A stretch of 63,841 nt of DNA, filler included, from Basidiobolus ranarum (Eukaryota): assembly GCA_040143965.1 (NCBI GenBank). It is 25 parts of 25 records of this genome, joined end to end, with 100 filler letters (N's around TTAATTAATTAA, not from the genome) between each part and the next. Parts side by side here need not be neighbours in the genome. Positions count along the whole stretch, not along the records: positions 12,834 to 15,297 come from JASJQH010003312.1; positions 15,398 to 17,860 come from JASJQH010003313.1; positions 17,961 to 20,422 come from JASJQH010003314.1; positions 20,523 to 22,982 come from JASJQH010003315.1; positions 23,083 to 25,542 come from JASJQH010003316.1; 20 more parts are not named here. One strand, 5' to 3'. Positions 13,505-25,642 of this stretch are shown here, in pieces. The translations under genes were made by a program, and so were the position numbers. The notes beneath the pieces are model-generated. The model saw only the letters and a program-made list of their open reading frames with translations. It was not told the origin of the DNA and made no database searches. Position 1 is the first letter of the stretch. Each line of letters opens with the position of its first letter.

Positions 13505-14709
13505 GATATATCCTTGTCTGCCAAATATGATACAATTCTGGTAATTGTTGACTATTTAACAAAGATGGCCCAATTTGTGCCCTACAACAAGTCAATTGAT
13601 GCAAAACAAACAGCAGAATTGGTAACTCAAAACATCTTCCACCTATATGGACTCCCTGAAACTATCATCTCTGACCAAGGACCTCAGTTTGTGATACAAG
13701 AGCTTTGCTGATAGGAAAAGAAAGCCAAGACCAGATCTCAAGCCAGGAGATCATGTTTGGCTACCCTGGAAAATTATTGAAACCACTAGACCTTCTGGTA
13801 AACTTGATCATAAAAGACCAGGGCCTTTTTAGATTATTAAGCAAATCAACTTCAAAGCCTTCTGCCTTGAACTCTAATCACATTTCAAAGTCCACAATGT
13901 ATTCCATGTGTCTCTCCTAGAGCCACATGCCAGAAACACCTTCCAGGGGCAATCCATTGACCCACCCCCAGCAATCCAAGTGGAAAACATACTGAATACA
14001 AAAATAGCAAAATTCTAGATTCCAGAATTTATCAATGTAAATTGCAATATTTAGCGGACTGGAAGAGATATTCAACAAATGATCAATCATGGGAGCAAGC
14101 AACAAATCTTTCCAATTCTAAGAAACTTTGCCAAGAGTCTCATGAAGCCTACCCAGAAAAACCTGGCCCTATGATGTCTGGAAGACATCATTGAAGGAGA
14201 GGATACTGTCATGATTCTGATCTTGGCATACTGATCCACTGCAAATAGAACTGTTCTATTATTAGATTTTAACATCATATCTGCTATGCCATCCTTTCTT
14301 GACAATCTTGTGTTAGTTCATTTGGGTTACCTTATATTGCAGTAATGTTCTTTGGAACATTTCACAAAATCTAACCATTCATGTCATCCCACACATAGTG
14401 TATTTCCACCAAGACCTTCCATGTAAGGTCACCTGATCATCCTTACATCATCCCTCCTTTGAATTGGTCCTTATAGTCCCTAACACCCCAATACTAGAAC
14501 TTGCCACAGTATATTCCCTATTCAGTATATCTTGTTTTACCCTGCAATATCTATATAACCTCAGTCTGATCAATGCCCATTATCAATAAACATTCTTGCC
14601 AAATTATCTTCCATATCTAGTCTTGTCTTGTGGTCTACACCCAAGAACTCTCCTGCCTTCTAGCCTCTTGTTATTTATTCCAGTCCTTGTCCAGTTCCTT
14701 ATTGTGATA
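13505..14709 (+). mobile_element. Decayed Ty3/gypsy chromovirus 3' end: integrase, chromodomain, PPT, 3' LTR (14207-14709)
   Basis: VIVDYLTKMAQF and GLPETIISDQGPQF; chromodomain remnant KILDSR..QYLADWKRY..SWEQATNL..YPEKPGP; PPT GAAGGAGAGGA before TGTCATG. Confidence 0.88.
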
Positions 14710-14957
14710 GGGATGATGTAAGGATGACCAGGTTACCGTTCATGAAAGGTCTTGGCAGAAATACACTATGTTTGGGATAACATGATTAGTTAGAATTCAT
14801 GTAATATTCCAATGAACATGACTTCTATATAAGGTAACCTGGATGAACTAATACAAGATTGCCAAGAAGGGAGGGCATAGCAGATATGATGTCATAATCT
14901 AATAATAGAACAGTTCAATTTGCAGTGGATCAGTATGCCAAGATCACAATCATGACA
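14710..14957 (-). repeat. Inverted partial copy of the gypsy LTR
   Basis: Reverse complement of 14207-~14455, ending CATGACA. Confidence 0.88.
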
Positions 14958-15297
14958 CCAACTGTGCAAAGATTTTATAATTGGATATGAAATATTTATT
15001 ACAGGTCAAAGAAGATAGACTAAGTCTATGCTGGTTTTCAATACATTCCCTGCTCCATCTTTCACAAATCTTAGAGATTGTTAGCCCTTGCTATACATTC
15101 TGGGAGTTCCCAATGGATCACATCTGTGGTGAAATGATGCTCCATGTGAAATTGTCAGTATCACAATATGCTAATATGATTAAAAATGTATCAGCAAAAT
15201 CTTTGATGGATGTAATGCAATGGGTTAAGGAGCCTCCAGAGTATATTTACCTTCCAACAAAGGGCTCTTGTCAATGTGCTCATGGGCTTTTGCATTG
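14958..15297 (+). pseudogene. CACTA/EnSpm transposase C-terminal fragment
   Basis: IHSLLHLSQILEIVSPCYTFWEFPMDHICG resembles the H-L-LHL..GP....W.FP.ER motif of tnp2-type transposases. Confidence 0.8.
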
Positions 15298-15397
15298 NNN
15301 NNNNNNNNNNNNNNNNNNNNNNNNNNNNNNNNNNNNNNNNNTTAATTAATTAANNNNNNNNNNNNNNNNNNNNNNNNNNNNNNNNNNNNNNNNNNNN

Positions 15398-15506
15398 AAG
15401 TAAATTCCAATTGAGAATAATTGATAATATCTTAGTGAATTATAAGATAACTAAGTACTAAGCTATATATGACTATATAGGTGTTTAGGCAATGCTAATT
15501 TCAACA
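15398..15506 (-). repeat. Copia LTR family A end (TGTTGAAA on minus strand)
   Basis: Matches 25758-25867. Confidence 0.85.
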
Positions 15507-16300
15507 ATAACTGCACTATCTTAAGGGTTTTGTGAGATGTCTAAAGGGTGCACTAAATACTGTTGAAGAACTCAGGGATGTACTGTAATATGAGTCTGTC
15601 TCTTGCCTCTTGGGTCTTTGTGAAAGGGAATCAAGCCTCTAGAAGTGTTCTAAGGACTGATAAAGCACAATGCAATGTCCAGCTTTTGGTTGAATGATAT
15701 GGTAGTGCCTGACAAAAGAATATTCTGGCTTCAACATCCTTTGAGAATAATCAGATAAAAACAGTATATCCAATCAAGAACAACTGTAAACTTAGTCAGC
15801 AGGTTCTTTAACAAGGATGCACTGGTAATGATTTATCCAAGGATATGAAAAGTTCCTTGCCTATGCAGACAAAGGTAGGGAAAAAATATTAAGTATCAGA
15901 AATATAACACCTGCCTGTCAGTACTTCCTTTGAGCCAGTCAAGTCCTTTCTAGTCAGACAGTAGCCTGTAACTGTCTCTAGTAGTATTTCTTGAGCTTCC
16001 TCTTAAAAGATCTTGTAAGCAGTGATGAGAATAAGGGGGTGATTGTAAGTAGTAATTGCTAGTTGAACCCCAGGATGATTCTTATTGAAAAGATATGGTG
16101 CCTACTTATACTTTTCAGAAGGTAGAAATGATTAGTAATGAGATTTTCCAGAAAGCTCCAGAGAATTCTATTGGTAGGGATCTTGGGATTCAATATCCTC
16201 ATAAATCATAAGATTAGTAATCCATGGAATGTTCCAGAAGGTTGTAGAATAATCCATAAAGTCATGAAATATTTGGGCAAAGTCAGGTTTTGATATAACA
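15507..16300 (-). mobile_element. Possible LTR (about 15967-16300) and gag remnant of another LTR retroelement
   Basis: TGTTA...TTACA ends on the minus strand with an internal TATAAG; downstream EARDRL-like gag motif; CpG-depleted. Only one copy in the window. Confidence 0.35.
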
Positions 16301-16736
16301 TAAATGGATGTGTCCTATGTCAAATCAAACTACACTGGAATTGTGTTCCTCACTGGCAAGGTTAAAGATAATACTTGTGGTGTTCAGGTTTTGCAGAATA
16401 TTCAATTTCGTAACATTTCTCCATAGTGTTGCTTGGTATTTGCGGCTCTTCAAAGGCCACTATTCTGATCAACACAGAACCGAGCTACAGGCATCATTGG
16501 TTACTTTCCATTATCTACTGTGAGCAGCTGAGACATAAAATAGTAGAATGCAAAACTTTTATAGTGAATCCATTTGTTTATGATTCGTATCATAAGAGTA
16601 TGAGGGAAAGTTCATACATATACTCTAGAACTGACTAATATAATCATCCTAGCATCTAGGCATCACTCTGATCAAGTAGTTTCGCTGAATGGGACCAGCA
16701 GTATGTATTCTATCCACCTAGAACATAGCCAGTAAT

Positions 16737-16809
16737 GCCTTCTTGGCTCAGTTGGCAGAGCGTCTGCCTAGTAAGCAGAAGGTCGCTGGTTCAATTCCGG
16801 CAGAAGGCA
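16737..16809 (+). tRNA. tRNA-Thr(AGT)
   Basis: Full cloverleaf: acceptor GCCTTCT/AGAAGGC, anticodon arm TCTGC-CTAGTAA-GCAGA, T arm GCTGG-TTCAATT-CCGGC. Confidence 0.97.
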
Positions 16810-17473
16810 TTCCTATTTTGCAATTTATACTGTTGGATTTAATTCAATTTTGCTCATTACTCTGATAGTTTAATGGCAAAAAAAGAGTAGAGAAAAATCC
16901 ATGGGTTCATGTATTTCAGTCTTGGAGAGTTTGAGTACAATACTAGGTGTTTCCAAAATGAAGCAAAACTAAGGAGTAAAGATGGAAATGTCTCTAATGG
17001 TGAGCCTATGCGTTTACTCCTATCCATCAAAACCTCCGGTTACTTTTGTGGGGAGGTGATATAAAATGCAAATTATTCTTGAATGCGGGGTAAAGTTATA
17101 TACGCGCAAATAACTTCCTTTCTTAGGAAACTCCTTTAGCCATAACCAGAATTTCCTATTTGTCCCTAAGATGAGGCTACTCGATCTAACTCGAAGAAGA
17201 TAGGGGTAGTATGCACTCGCTTATGCACTCGCTTATGCAGTAACGGACAGTATGGTTAAATTTAAGACCTGTGCCTAACAAAACTTGAGTGAAAACTATA
17301 AAAACCATTTGTGATTTCTTCTTGTAAAGTATTATTAGTATTTCTCGCTTTCGTTACCTTCCTGACCACGCTTCAGATATACATCTCTTTTATCTATTTA
17401 TATTAGATTCTTCCTATAGATCCATTACTTTAACTCTCAATAGATTTCTCTACTCTACTTATAAGACTACAAT

Positions 17474-17860
17474 ATGCGTTTCTCTGCTTCCAAATTGATC
17501 TTTATACTTTCTGCTACCCAAATTGTTGCTGGAGCTAGTGTGAGAAGAAATTATGCTCCCTCCTTCAATGATGGAAAGAACTACAATGGTAACACCGGTG
17601 ACAGTAATAATGATCATGGTGCTGGAAATGGCAATGGGAATGGAAAAGACAATGATGGTAACGTTGATACTCCTGGTGGTGCACCAGGTACTCCAGCCGG
17701 TGGATCAAGTCCTTCAACGGATTCTCCAAATACTAATCCACCTGGAAACAATATTCCAGGAGGTACCGGATCTGGAGATAAAGTCCCATCTGCTGAAGAG
17801 TGCCGTATTATTCTCGCAAAAGTGAATTCTGGACTGTTGGATGGAGTTGCTGCTAAGCTC
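17474..17860 (+). CDS. Putative secreted Gly/Asn/Pro-rich protein, 3' truncated
   Basis: Signal-peptide-like MRFSASKLIFILSATQIVAGA, dibasic RR, low-complexity G/N/D/P region; TATAAAA at ~17297. Confidence 0.75.
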
Positions 17861-17960
17861 NNNNNNNNNNNNNNNNNNNNNNNNNNNNNNNNNNNNNNNN
17901 NNNNTTAATTAATTAANNNNNNNNNNNNNNNNNNNNNNNNNNNNNNNNNNNNNNNNNNNN

Positions 17961-19104
17961 GACCCAAACCACCTTGATATGGTCTGTAAGCTGCCACTAA
18001 CGCTGCCTGAGCGCAAGTAAGCCCCTAGGGTAAGGCACAGTCAGAACGATATCTATTTGGAATTGCTGTAATATTCAGAATGCATAGTAGATCAAAGTAT
18101 TTACACCAAAGCAACCAGAAATTTGATCAATATCTTGGCACTATATGTGGATGAATTGATCATGGCCACAAATAGTCTAGAAGCACTTAATCAGACTAAA
18201 AGCAATTTATCAAGCAAATGTCTGATGACTAACATGGGGGAATTGAGTTATTTTCTTGGAATCCAAAATAAGAGAGATATACCTAGTCAAAAAATCATGC
18301 TGAATCAGTCTATATACATCCTACACATCCTAAAATGCTTCAACATGGAGAATAACATGCCTGTATCAATACCAATGGATCCTAATGTCAAATTAATCAA
18401 AGCTTTATCCATTTTGGCCTCAAATGACCCAAATCAAAGCCATGAGTCCACTGATCAATCCATGGTTGGTGGCTTGATGTAAACAGTGGTTGGAACACAT
18501 CCAGACATTGCTATGGCAGTGAAACTGTAAGCCAATAACTCCAAAATTCAGGATCTAAGCATAAAACTGTAGTAACAAGAATGTTCAGGTTCTTAAGAGG
18601 AACAGTAGATTGAGTTCTGGAATACTCTGGCACTTCTGATGTACAAAATATTTATGGCTATAGTGATGCTGACTGGGGAAGAAATCTTGATGATAGTAGA
18701 TCCACAACTGGGAATCCTTTTCTCTATGGTAATGGAGCCATAACTTGGAATAGTCAGAAGCAACCAACTGTAGCACATTTCACTACAGAAGCAGAGTAAC
18801 ATGCTGCCTCTGCTACTACACAAGAAGCTATGTTGTTAAGGAAGTTTTTTACAGACTTAGGATTCATACATAAATACATGATTACTTTATTTGAAGCTAA
18901 TCAAAGTTGAATTTCATTTGCTAAAACCCTGCATTTCATGCTAGAACAAAACATATATATATTAGGCATCACTTTGGTAGAGAAATAATAGAGAATGATA
19001 TAATTGAACTTGTCTATTGCCCTACTTAAGTAACAATTGCTGATATCTTAAGCAAACCTTTGGCTCAAGCACAATTTGAATTATAAGATATAAGTTAGGC
19101 CTGA
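17961..19104 (+). mobile_element. Decayed Ty1/copia RT and RNase H
   Basis: LALYVDELI, MGELSYFLGI, GYSDADWG, RSTTG, FHARTKHIYIRHHF, IADILSKPL. Confidence 0.92.
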
Positions 19105-19355
19105 TGTTGAAAGTCCAGTGACTTGTGATTCAAGAAGTAATTCCCAAAGAGGAAAATATGGAATGTGGTGACTGCATCTGAACACAAAGTCTCAGGCCAA
19201 TCAGTTGCTTGTATAGCTGAAATGCCAAAGTACCATACATTGACAGAATAGGTTAAGGTTCCCTAGCAATATAGGCATAGCATAGAAGGACTGGTAGCTC
19301 AGTGGTTAGAGCACCTTGCTAGAGGTGCCAGGTTCAAATCCTGGCCAGACCAATA
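19105..19355 (+). repeat. LTR-like family B element (TGTTG...CAATA) with an internal tRNA-derived sequence
   Basis: Sharp TGTTGAAAG boundary shared with two other copies. The 3' end is inferred from CAATA (probable decayed CAACA) and from the copia frame resuming as ATT TCT CCC TAA. Confidence 0.7.
19288..19352 (+). pseudogene. tRNA-like sequence, 65 nt, about 8 nt missing from the anticodon arm
   Basis: GGACTGG/CCAGACC acceptor (6 of 7 pairs), D arm GCTC-AGTGGTTA-GAGC, T arm CCAGG-TTCAAAT-CCTGG; A box and B box present. Confidence 0.85.
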
Positions 19356-19719
19356 TTTCTCCCTAAATAATTTGAATACTTGAGAGAAATAAAAAATATT
19401 TTTTTCACTGGGAATGTTGAAGTTTGATAAATAGCAACTTTTTATTTAGTAGTTAGTTTATTCATATGACAAGAGTTTAAAACTCAATTCTGCCATTTAA
19501 AAAATGTGTGCTTGTTGCTCTGATTGATAGAAATATCAAGCAGATCACTTTTACCAATTTTCATTACTTTCTCAAAATTTCTTCAAATCACCTGATATTT
19601 TCACCCATGCATAACAGGCATGTTTTTTACAATCTCAGCATGTCCAATAGCTCTATTTTACAGTAAACCTTAAATTATAAACTTTCAATCCAACAAAACT
19701 GAAGTGTCAAGTTAACAAA

Positions 19720-20422
19720 TCTAAAACTTGTACAAATCACTTTCAATTCCACTAAATACTTTTCTCACTAAGTCATGTAAACATGAAGCATCAATAGAAT
19801 AACATTGACAAGTGCTTTCCACTGGTACCGGAACTTCAGAATGCTGTACTTGAGCTACAGCAACATGATGATCCCTCTGTCCATTATCATATGGGGTTTC
19901 AATTAATCCCACACCACACATACAAACATCACTATGCCAACATGGCCAAGCAGAATATGTGCTGGACCATTAAGCCTACACAATGACCCAAAATTGCTTG
20001 GGAACATGAAAGTAGAAATCTCATAGGAAAACCAGCAAACCACAGGATTCCAAATGTCAGAGCTGCTGTCACTTACTCTGATGATGAAAGGTTTAACAAT
20101 TTGGAAACTGAGTGGAAACTTGCCTTAAATCATCTTGATTTGGGCTAATTGTGCAAAAGCCTAAGACCAGTTTTTCTTTGTTGAAATTAGGTAAATCATC
20201 ATAATTAGGACTGAAGTTCTGTATGAGAATGGACAGAGGGAGCAGCATGTTGCTGTAGCTCAAGAACAGCATTCTGAAGATCTTGTATCATTGTTGAGTG
20301 ACTCTCTTACTATTGACTAGTTGCTTCCAAACGCTGCATGATTTGCAATATTGCAGCGTTATTGCTTGTCATGGCCTGTATAGCAACTTCATAGTTTTTA
20401 CTTATGATTGCATACAAATCAT
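19720..20422. mobile_element. Scrambled CACTA-like fragments (transposase and ORF2 pieces in both orientations)
   Basis: Match 41990-42020, 31740-31950 and 31890-32090. Confidence 0.7.
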
Positions 20423-20522
20423 NNNNNNNNNNNNNNNNNNNNNNNNNNNNNNNNNNNNNNNNNNNNTTAATTAATTAANNNNNNNNNNNNNNNNNNNNNN
20501 NNNNNNNNNNNNNNNNNNNNNN

Positions 20523-22780
20523 GATGGAGGTTGCAGAGTTCAAAACAACATTTCAGGACATAATGGCAAGAGTAATCAACAGAGGTGTAAAGGAAAAAGC
20601 AAGATAGTTTATTGAATTAGAAGATATTCCCAAAGGCAAATTGGAGCAGTCCAGACTGTTGCAGAGATGTAACAGATCACTCCAAAACAAAGAGACTCCT
20701 GACAGGGTATCTATTTTACAAGAAGAATCCACACAGCTCATCACCAGAATTGAAGTAACAGCTCCGGCAAGAGCAAGAGCCCAATGAGTTGGTTGATCAG
20801 CTAGTAGTAAACATTGACAGCAATGCCTGCTTGGAAGAGTCCACAATGTTTCTCACATTTTTCAAGCCACCAGAAGGACATACCTTTCACTTTGTTGAAT
20901 GAAGATCTGACACCTGGGAGCAATCTACCAAGACAGCAATCCATTACAATGCATACCCTCACAAGACCAAGACAACTAGTGTCTGAGAGAGATAGTGAAG
21001 CTCTTACTGAACTTGAAGAAGCCACAACAGTTGAACACATACCTCAAGATAGTCAATAAGCTCCAACACATTCTGTCATGCAACAGAGGTCACAGCAGCC
21101 AGTTAAAAGAGATGAAGCTTCTACCATGGTTGAAGAGGCAAGAACTGCCAAATACAAACCTCAAGATACACAACTTGCTTCAACATGTACTGGAAAGCAA
21201 CCATGGCAATGGCCAGTCAAAAGAAATGAAGCTTCCACTGTTGTTGAAGCAGGATTAACCACCAAACACCAACCACAAGGTAGACAACCTGCTCCAACAC
21301 ATACTGCCATGTGACCATGGCCATGGCCAGTCAAAAGATATGAAGCTTCAACTGTGGTTGAAGAGGCAGGAACTGCCAAACACAAACCTCAAGGTAGATG
21401 ACTTACTCCAGCACATACAGCCATGCAACTGTGGTCATGGCCAGTTCAAAGAGATAAAGATTCTACTGTGATTGAAGAAGAAATAATTGTTGAGCACAAA
21501 CCTCCAGGTAGAGGACTTGCTCCAACATGTACTGCCATGTGACCACGGTCATGGCCAGTCCAAAGAGATGAAGCTTCTACCATGGTTGAAGAAGAAGCAA
21601 TAATTGTCAAGCATAAACCTCAAGTGAAACATTCTGGGTTGATGCATAGAGCTGCATGCCAGCAACAATGGCTTGTTGGCCCATTAAGTGAAGGCTCCAC
21701 ATCTGAAGAAGAGACTGTAGACACAAACAAACCGCAAACTAGATGGGATGAGCCAATGCATATCAGAGCAGATCAACCTCAAGCCACAACTCATGCTGGC
21801 CAAGGCAGAGGAACTTCAGCAGGATCAAACCAACCAACTCAGTGCAGAGGTTCAGGCAAAGTCCTTTCCATGGAAATATCAAGGAGAAAACAAAAGTAAC
21901 AGAAGCAAATCTTCATGTACTGCTTTAAACCTAGGCAACTGCTGAATACTCTTGTTAATACTTATGTTATCCTATCATCACTGTTTAGCACATCATGCAA
22001 AATTGATATTGATTGCAGTTAAATATAGCTTAAATCACTTTAGTTGGATCACAATTGCTTATGTTAGTGTGCAATCATCATATATCAAAAAAATCAATGA
22101 TAGCCTATTAATACAAGCAATTTCACTACAATTGAATCAAAAATATCTATCAATAATAAGCTTGCACAGCTGTATTGGCTTAATATGGCTTAATCCGTGC
22201 ACATTCTCACCCAATTAGAAGCTTACGTGATTGAATGAATAATTTGCTGATTTTAAAATGATGAATTAAGCCATCCTGATCACTACTATTATACTGCAGA
22301 TTGATCCATCATCAAGTACTGTGATTTGTCAATGGTGTGCCAGAATTACTGGTGTTTCATAATGCAGGAGCCATTGGCCCAATTGAAAATCAACATACTG
22401 TGTTAGTTAGGGAGAAATGATTGGCCTAAAAACTTCTAAATGTCTTGGTCATATATTTGATTGAGTAAGTGACAGTATAAATTGTTTATAGTTACACATT
22501 CAGTAATTTGTAAGTTACAAACTAGGGGATGAACTTGCTTTGTCAGTTACCCAAAATCTTAATTTGGCAATATTAAATCGGGTAACCTGGTACAGGCAGG
22601 CATGATATCTCCAATAAAATCATTGTGTCTGATAGTGGTGGGATAGTGCCATATTGAGCATTATAGTGCCCAATTGAGTGTTATAGGATCCAGCCATGGT
22701 AATAGACAAATCAAGCCAGATGGTGTACTAGCATGCTGGATTGAACAGCACAATCTGACCTGGTCCAATGGAAGAAGTCT
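20523..22780 (+). mobile_element. Harbinger-like element, ORF2 half with ~6x 114-bp coding repeat, ending in a terminal repeat
   Basis: Collinear with 44753-45868. Repeat marker GATGAAGCTT and variants at 21111, 21225, 21339, 21453 and 21567. Ends AATGGAAGAAGTCT, close to AATGGAACAAGTCC. Confidence 0.75.
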
Positions 22781-23082
22781 ATTAGAGTAAATGTGATGAA
22801 ATTGGTCATGCCAGAGGGTGCTGGATAGTGCCAAATTGTGCCACATAAATTTTAGAATACTTTATCCAATATCTATCAACAAACAGCTGACTAAGTTGAA
22901 TCCTAAGTCTCCCTTGGGTCTTGTCTTTGTAAGTTAACGTAAATATTACTGCCGGCCTAGTCATAGCGTTACTAATCTCACGNNNNNNNNNNNNNNNNNN
23001 NNNNNNNNNNNNNNNNNNNNNNNNNNTTAATTAATTAANNNNNNNNNNNNNNNNNNNNNNNNNNNNNNNNNNNNNNNNNNNN

Positions 23083-23285
23083 AACCACTGAGCTACCAGT
23101 CCTTGTATGCTATGCCTATATTGCCAGGGAACCTTAACCTAGTCTGTCAATGTATGGTACTTTGGCATTTCAGCTATACAAGCAACTGATTGGGCTTAGA
23201 CTTTGTGTTCAGATGCAGTCACCATACTCCATATTTTCCTCTTTGGGAATTACTGCTTGTACCACAAGTCACCAGACTTTCAACA
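23083..23285 (-). repeat. LTR-like family B copy including the 5' part of the tRNA-like sequence
   Basis: 23083-23102 AACCACTGAGCTACCAGTCC is the reverse complement of GGACTGGTAGCTCAGTGGTT; ends CTTTCAACA. Confidence 0.9.
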
Positions 23286-23331
23286 TAAAGGAATCAACTC
23301 ACATTGCAGATTGCAGGCTGATACAGTGACT

Positions 23332-25542
23332 CCCTAACAAAAATAAAATCAATTTGATCCGGATTGGATTCACCCTCCAAAATAGCAAGACCATCAGTGA
23401 ACCATCACATTATTGGTGGCTTGCATTCTGCCAGGGATTTTGCTGATGTGATGGTGGTTTCTTGATGGTATCCTGATGGTATTCATACATGTTAAAGCAT
23501 TGATCCTCAAATTTGGCATGCATTATTCAATATTGCGCAATTTTTGAATGGCCATTACTGGGTTTACTGTAGTAGGAATTTGACTTAATATGCATGCCTT
23601 TATTTAGATATTTTAGGCTTTATATTTCAGCCATGATGAGAATCAAAAACAGAGGAATCTTGTTGTGTTTAGTCTCCACATATGCATATACTTGGCTGAT
23701 TAGATATTACTCAACAACATCAATATACGTTACCAGCAAACTAACAGTAGAAAAATTGCTAAACATCTGAAATTTTGAATAGCATTGATGCTTGGCAAAT
23801 AGCTGACTCTTGTTAACATTCACAATGAGGATAAGATCCTGGATTTTGGCGAGTTTCTGTAAAGAATTCAGCCAATATATCCGCAGCTTTTAGTGAAGAA
23901 ATGTCCTGCCACAAGTAGATATGTCATGGCTTGAATATATTACCCCATGGCTAAAACAATAGTACTGCATATCTTGATCTATCTCACCAAGAAGTGTGTC
24001 TAGAGGCTTTCCTAGGAATACCATAGATTATCACATAAGTAAATTAGTCTGATTATAGAGGTACTCTCTGTGTGTCCATGGATTGGGCTTAGTTGCTGCT
24101 ATTATGCTCAAACAATGCAGAAACCTGTGAGCACATTGAACTCTGGAGTCTCCTTAACTGATCACATTACATTCATCACTGAATATGCTGATGCATTGTT
24201 AATCAGTTTATCATGTGGTAATACTGACAATTTCATGCAGAGCATCATTTTACTGCAGGTGTGCTCCAATGGGAACACCGAGAATGTATAGCAAGGGCCT
24301 ATAATCTCTAAGCATTGTGAAAGATGCAGCAGGGAATGTATTGAATACCTGCATAGGCTTGGTCTATCTTCTTTAAACCTGTAACAAAGTTTTTCATGTC
24401 CAATTACAAAATCTTTGCCAATTGCTTTATCTGCCTGAGATCTGCCAATGTGAGTTGATGCCATAAGAATATATTAACAATTCTGACAAACAACTCCCAG
24501 TGTTGCCAACACTTATCAGACAGAAATCTTTTCAAAATTCTACTTAAATAAATACAATTCCAATGCTTCCAGTCTTTGCATTTGAATAAATGGCTAGACG
24601 AGTGGATTTTGATTGGAGTCCTGGTAAGATATGATGGTATCTTGATGTTTTCAAGCATTTTCACAATCAATTCAAACTTTGATCCTATATCAAATGGTGC
24701 AAATGTATTGAATTTTCACTATATAACTGAGTAAGCAGTATTCAAATGTTGTTGAATAGTAAGTTCATCATGCCTAATGGGAAGCTCTGGCTCCAGCTAA
24801 TCCCATGTAGCAATATAACATTACGCTTATGGCTAATACCAAGTTTGATGTTAGTTTGACTATTTGGTAAATTGATATCAGTGATCATGTTGAAATCTGA
24901 CCGGGCTCTTGATGGTAAAATCATGAAGTTTAGTGTTGTATTGGGATAGTAGTAAAGCATATGCCTGTTAGAGTAAACTCCATTGATTTGACAAAATCTA
25001 CAGCAAGATAGCACATTGTGCCTGCTCAAAACTCCAAATTTACTGATGGCAGGAGTGTCACCAACATGTTGAATAGTAAGTTCATCATGCCTAATGGGAA
25101 GCTCTGACTCCAGCTGATCCCCCTTAGCAATATAATCTTAGGCTTACGGCTAATACCAAGTTTGATGTTAGACTGACTATCTGGTGAAATGATATCAGTA
25201 ATCATGTTGAAATCTGGCCGGGCTCTTGATGGTAAAATCATGAAGTTTAGTGTTGTATTGGGATAGTAGTAAAGCATATGGCTGTTAGAGTAAACTCCAT
25301 TGAATTGACAAAATCTACAGCAAGATAGCACATTGTGCCTGCTCAAACCTCCAAGTTTACTGATGGCAGGAGTGTCACCAAAATATACAATGATATTAGC
25401 TTTAATAAAGTATTTACCCATCTGAACCCCTTTAGATAACCATTCAAATTCCTCAATCAAAGGCTCCAAGAAGCTATCTATAAGCACTGGTGATTTAGGT
25501 CCAGATATGATGGATAGTATCAAAATATTATGACTCTTATAC
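23332..25542 (-). mobile_element. CACTA/EnSpm-like element: tnp2-type transposase 3' half and terminal repeat
   Basis: ILSIISGPKSPVLIDSFLEPLIEEF, GDTPAISKL, CRFC, FKCKDWKHW, IHSLLHL..GPCYTF; terminus CCCTAACAAAAATAAAATC at 23332. Confidence 0.88.
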
Positions 25543-25642
25543 NNNNNNNNNNNNNNNNNNNNNNNNNNNNNNNNNNNNNNNNNNNNTTAATTAATTAANN
25601 NNNNNNNNNNNNNNNNNNNNNNNNNNNNNNNNNNNNNNNNNN

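Noticed and set aside
19288-19352. Functional or suppressor tRNA (CTA in the loop)
   Set aside because: The anticodon arm is about 8 nt short with no canonical 7-nt loop, there is an acceptor mismatch, and it is embedded in a repeat.
20980-21690. 114-bp repeats as a CRISPR array
   Set aside because: Whole units are homologous with no unique spacers, the period is in frame, there are no cas genes, and the context is eukaryotic.
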